Origin: Candidatus Bruticola sp.
GTDB lineage: Bacteria > Vulcanimicrobiota > Xenobia > Xenobiales > Xenobiaceae
Assembly (NCBI GenBank): GCA_051874735.1
Contig: JBJEGD010000032.1
Span: forward strand, 1 to 10,363
Length of the DNA stretch: 10,363 nt
Direction of reading: 5' to 3'
Under the pieces are notes generated by a model. It had not been told where the DNA came from. It made no database searches and saw nothing but the letters and a program-made list of their open reading frames with translations. Positions 7,853 to 10,363 of the stretch are shown here, piece after piece (the first letter of the stretch is position 1; every line of letters starts with the position of its first letter). The translations under genes were made by a program, and so were the position numbers.

Positions 7853-7895
7853 AAATAAAGCAGGGCCGGGCTCTTTGGGAAGCGAAAGCGCGGGC

Positions 7896-8918
7896 GTGAA
7901 ACGTTTATATTTTCCCCTATTTTCTGTTGTTTGTGCCGGGCTAGTCTGGGGCGGCTCCATCTCGCTGCTGCAGCCCGGCCCCGCCCAGGCTAACTATCCT
8001 GCGGTTCCCTCAGCTTCTGCTTATTCCCCATCTCTGAGCATCGTTGCCCAACCCGACCGCTGGTATTACCCTATCCACAGCGGTTTGGCCATTGTCAATA
8101 CCTACCTTACGCCTGCCCGAGTGCTAAATCATCCCCAACCTGAACATGAAGGCCAAACGGTTTTATGGGAAGGACGCGTGCTTCGACAAAGCTCTTACCA
8201 GGGTAAAACTCAGCTTTTATTAGATACGCCCGCAGGTAATGTTTCTGTAAGTTTTATCAGAAAAGCCCGCAATTTAGAATTTGACCGCACTGGCTACCGA
8301 GTGGCCATCAAAGGCAACCTCCATTTTAAAGATGGCCAGTTCAAAGGCTTAGCTGGACAGAGCTGTATTCTGCTCGATCCGCCCACAGAATTTAGCTACC
8401 AACGATGGCTGAAAGGACGTCCTCACAGCTGGGAAGAGTTTATTACCTGGCGCATTTTGTTCCACAATCCCGATATGGATTACCAGCAAATTAAATGCAT
8501 AGCCTCAGCTTTTACAACCCAATGCAGTAAGCAACATATCGATCCCAGTTTAATGGCTGCCCTTATTCAAATAGAATCGGCCTGGGATACAGATGCAGTT
8601 TCACCGTCGGGAGCCCAAGGGCTGGGACAGCTTATGCCTAAAACTGCTGCAGGTTTAAATGTTGCCGATCCTTTCGATCCTATACAAAATTTGGCAGGCT
8701 GCACAAAAATGGTCTCCAGTTTATTAAAAACTTGGGGAAAGGGCCGAAATCCTTACGCTTCAGTATTAGCCTCCTACAATGCCGGCCCAACTCTGCTACA
8801 AGAACGCAAAGGCGAAGTACCACCTTATCCGGAAACAACTAATTATGTATATTTTATAGGTTACGTTCGCCAAGACCTGATTGATATTATAGGCAAAACG
8901 CCTATGCCCCTTATCTGA
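7896..8918 (+). CDS. Exported lytic transglycosylase (SLT/GH23 domain) with putative N-terminal OB-fold
   Basis: SLT motifs IQIESAW (catalytic Glu), GAQGLGQLMP, ASYNAGP, PPYPETTNYV. GTG 7896 gives a signal-peptide-like MKRLYFPLFSVVCAGLVWGG...AQA, whereas the ORF-track ATG 7785 leaves only 39 bp to the divergent gene. The start is uncertain because the SD is weak. Confidence 0.88.
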   Translation: MKRLYFPLFSVVCAGLVWGGSISLLQPGPAQANYPAVPSASAYSPSLSIVAQPDRWYYPIHSGLAIVNTYLTPARVLNHPQPEHEGQTVLWEGRVLRQSSYQGKTQLLLDTPAGNVSVSFIRKARNLEFDRTGYRVAIKGNLHFKDGQFKGLAGQSCILLDPPTEFSYQRWLKGRPHSWEEFITWRILFHNPDMDYQQIKCIASAFTTQCSKQHIDPSLMAALIQIESAWDTDAVSPSGAQGLGQLMPKTAAGLNVADPFDPIQNLAGCTKMVSSLLKTWGKGRNPYASVLASYNAGPTLLQERKGEVPPYPETTNYVYFIGYVRQDLIDIIGKTPMPLI

Positions 8919-8953
8919 CAGCTCTGGCAAAACGTTAAAAATAAATTTAATCT

Positions 8954-8992
8954 AATATAGCCGCAGCTCCAGGCTGGAGCTGCGGCTATATT
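8954..8992. terminator. Perfect 19-bp inverted repeat; probable bidirectional terminator between convergent genes
   Basis: AATATAGCCGCAGCTCCAG-G-CTGGAGCTGCGGCTATATT; GC-rich core with AT-rich ends (TATATTT on +, TATATT on -). Confidence 0.75.
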
Positions 8993-8993
8993 T

Positions 8994-9059
8994 GTGCCGC
9001 CCGGCTACCATAAAATAAGAACGTTCCAGAAATTCGAATTCCTAGTAGCCGGGCGGTAC
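8994..9059. repeat. 15-bp inverted repeat (14/15) enclosing the stop codon of the YHS-like gene
   Basis: GTGCCGCCCGGCTAC (8994-9008) versus GTAGCCGGGCGGTAC (9045-9059), with a 36-nt spacer. Confidence 0.8.
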
Positions 9060-10363
9060 TACTTCCTCATCGGTGACAGCCTCTTCATTAGGTGCGGCAC
9101 TTACTCCAGCAGGCGGAACAGCACCGCTCTCAGGCGGCGGCACAGAATTGTACAAAGAAGCCCCTCCGTCCGATGATGGAGCCCCATGCGGTGCAGCAGA
9201 TTCAGCTGGCACTTCAGGTGCAGCCGCCTGCCCATTAGATGGATTAGGCGCCACGCCCTCAGCTGCAGGGGGCGCTGACGGGGCAAACTGTCCATTGGCC
9301 CCCGATTCGGCAGGAGCAGAAACTGAAGGAGGAACGGACGAACTACCCTCATTTTTAGGACTGAGAGGAATATTAAAATCGCTATTTTCCCCAGCTTCTG
9401 GCTGAGTCTCAGGCATAGTGTTGACAGCTTCGCCATCATCATTATCAAGCTTACCTTGAGGCAGGGCGCTGCCATCGGTTACGCCTTCTACAAGAGCTCT
9501 TCCATCGGGACCAACAATATTGATTTGGGTCTGACCGTCAGCGGCCGCCTCTTTACTAACTCGAATTTTTATGCGAGGCTTAACGTATTTAGTAGGATTA
9601 TCGGCAAAAGCCCTCATAGTGTCTTCACTTTCAAAGACAAAAGTTGTGCCGTAAACGTCGAGCCTGTAAGGAGAGTTATTAGGCACCAGTTTTTTACTAA
9701 CCGGATCTTTAGAAGAGTATTCTTCAATTAAAGCAGGCGGAATTTCATACTGTTGACGCTCTTTGGTTTGCGGCATATTTTCATCGACCACGGCGTTGTA
9801 GTTTTGCATTATTAAGAATACAGCCCCAGACAAAAACAAAATGCCTGCCACTAAAAACCAAGTCACTTTAGGAATGGCCGCTTCCCCGCTGCGACGCTTA
9901 TCTTTATTTTCCGGCGGCAGAGCGGAGCTGCCTCCTTCAAAAACAGGAGCTTTGCGGTTATCCTGTCCGTAAGATGCAGTCCCACTGCGCTCTGCTGTCG
10001 TTTTACTACTTGAAGAGCTGCCTCCAGAATCGGATCCATCACCTATTTCCAGAGAAAACGGCCCGCTAGCTCCCAAAGGTGTAGGCGCAGCGGGAACAGG
10101 CGGCATATTAGGCGCAGGAGCGCCGACAGGAGCCCGACCATTAGCAGCACCAGGAGCAGGCGGCATATTAGGCGCAGGAGCGCCGACAGGAGACCGACCA
10201 TTAGCAGCACCAGGAGCAGGCGGCATATTAGGCGCAGGAGCACCGACCGAAGCCCGACCATTAGCAGCACCAGGAGCAGGCGGCATATTAGGCGCAGGAG
10301 CGCCGACAGGAGACCGACCATTAGCAGCACCAGGAGCAGACGGCATATTAGGCGCAGGAGCGC
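9042..10363 (-). CDS. Pro/Ala-rich membrane protein with YHS-like domain; 5' end lies outside the window
   Basis: The frame is open to the window edge (...APAPN-MPSAP), so ATG 10346 is internal to the repeat. TM helix VTWFLVAGILFLSGAVFLIM (9807-9866); YHS-like KDPVS...YGTTFVFES...AFADNPTKYV (9582-9710); low-complexity tails on both sides. Confidence 0.8.
   Translation of the reverse strand, partial: APAPNMPSAPGAANGRSPVGAPAPNMPPAPGAANGRASVGAPAPNMPPAPGAANGRSPVGAPAPNMPPAPGAANGRAPVGAPAPNMPPVPAAPTPLGASGPFSLEIGDGSDSGGSSSSSKTTAERSGTASYGQDNRKAPVFEGGSSALPPENKDKRRSGEAAIPKVTWFLVAGILFLSGAVFLIMQNYNAVVDENMPQTKERQQYEIPPALIEEYSSKDPVSKKLVPNNSPYRLDVYGTTFVFESEDTMRAFADNPTKYVKPRIKIRVSKEAAADGQTQINIVGPDGRALVEGVTDGSALPQGKLDNDDGEAVNTMPETQPEAGENSDFNIPLSPKNEGSSSVPPSVSAPAESGANGQFAPSAPPAAEGVAPNPSNGQAAAPEVPAESAAPHGAPSSDGGASLYNSVPPPESGAVPPAGVSAAPNEEAVTDEEVVPPGY
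10097..10363. repeat. Coding tandem repeat, 60-bp unit, about 4.4 copies visible, continuing off the window
   Basis: Unit CAGGCGGCATATTAGGCGCAGGAGCGCCGACAGGAG(C/A)CCGACCATTAGCAGCACCAGGAG, encoding MPPAPGAANGR(S/A)(P/S)VGAPAPN; few substitutions and no spacers. Confidence 0.95.

Noticed and set aside
7850-7895. GGCAAA...GGAAGCGAAAGC resembling a c-di-GMP-I riboswitch upstream of the SLT gene
   Set aside because: It lacks the GNRA-capped stem, the exact GACGCAAAGC junction and a recognisable second hairpin with a receptor; an Rfam cmscan would settle it.
6530-7960. ORFs 6530..6823 (+) and 7778..7960 (-)
   Set aside because: They overlap better-supported genes on the opposite strand and have no recognisable motifs.
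8952-9044. UAG readthrough/recoding suggested by the hairpin at the stop codon (29 further open codons)
   Set aside because: The extension runs through the palindrome and looks non-protein-like; three other genes here end normally in TAG.
8994-10330. ORFs 8994..9176, 9073..9405, 9101..9475, 9456..9731 and the Leu-rich 10043..10330
   Set aside because: Alternative-frame products of GC-rich low-complexity or repeat DNA; the MPPGY start simply mirrors the inverted repeat.
10097-10363. Regular 60-bp periodicity resembling a CRISPR array
   Set aside because: Whole units repeat with no unique spacers, the unit is a multiple of 3 within an open frame, and no cas genes are present.
10097-10363. NGR repeats as host CD13/integrin mimicry
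   Set aside because: The repeat is N-terminal to the only visible TM helix, on the predicted cytoplasmic side, and there is no evidence of a host.

Overview
Bacterial genomic window (standard genetic code) with seven substantial protein genes plus the first 10 codons of an eighth. Left arm (- strand): a 974-978 aa SNF2-family helicase of the DISARM DrmD-like type. One base after its stop, a partner gene begins (MGINLTGIIN...) and runs off the window, so this is probably the start of a helicase/methyltransferase defence operon. An AT-rich divergent intergenic region follows, holding a terminator-like leader hairpin and phased repeats. Next come a YwjA-like fused ABC exporter (+) and a tightly packed - strand operon of unknown function (small Zn-ribbon protein, orphan TIM barrel, DUF4127 protein). 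Divergent from that operon is an exported lytic transglycosylase with a putative OB-fold. A palindrome-dense convergent junction separates it from a 5'-truncated Pro/Ala-rich membrane protein with a cysteine-less YHS-like domain and a 60-bp coding tandem repeat. No rRNA, tRNA, CRISPR array, transposase or integrase was seen. Family assignments come from motif recognition by eye, not database searches.
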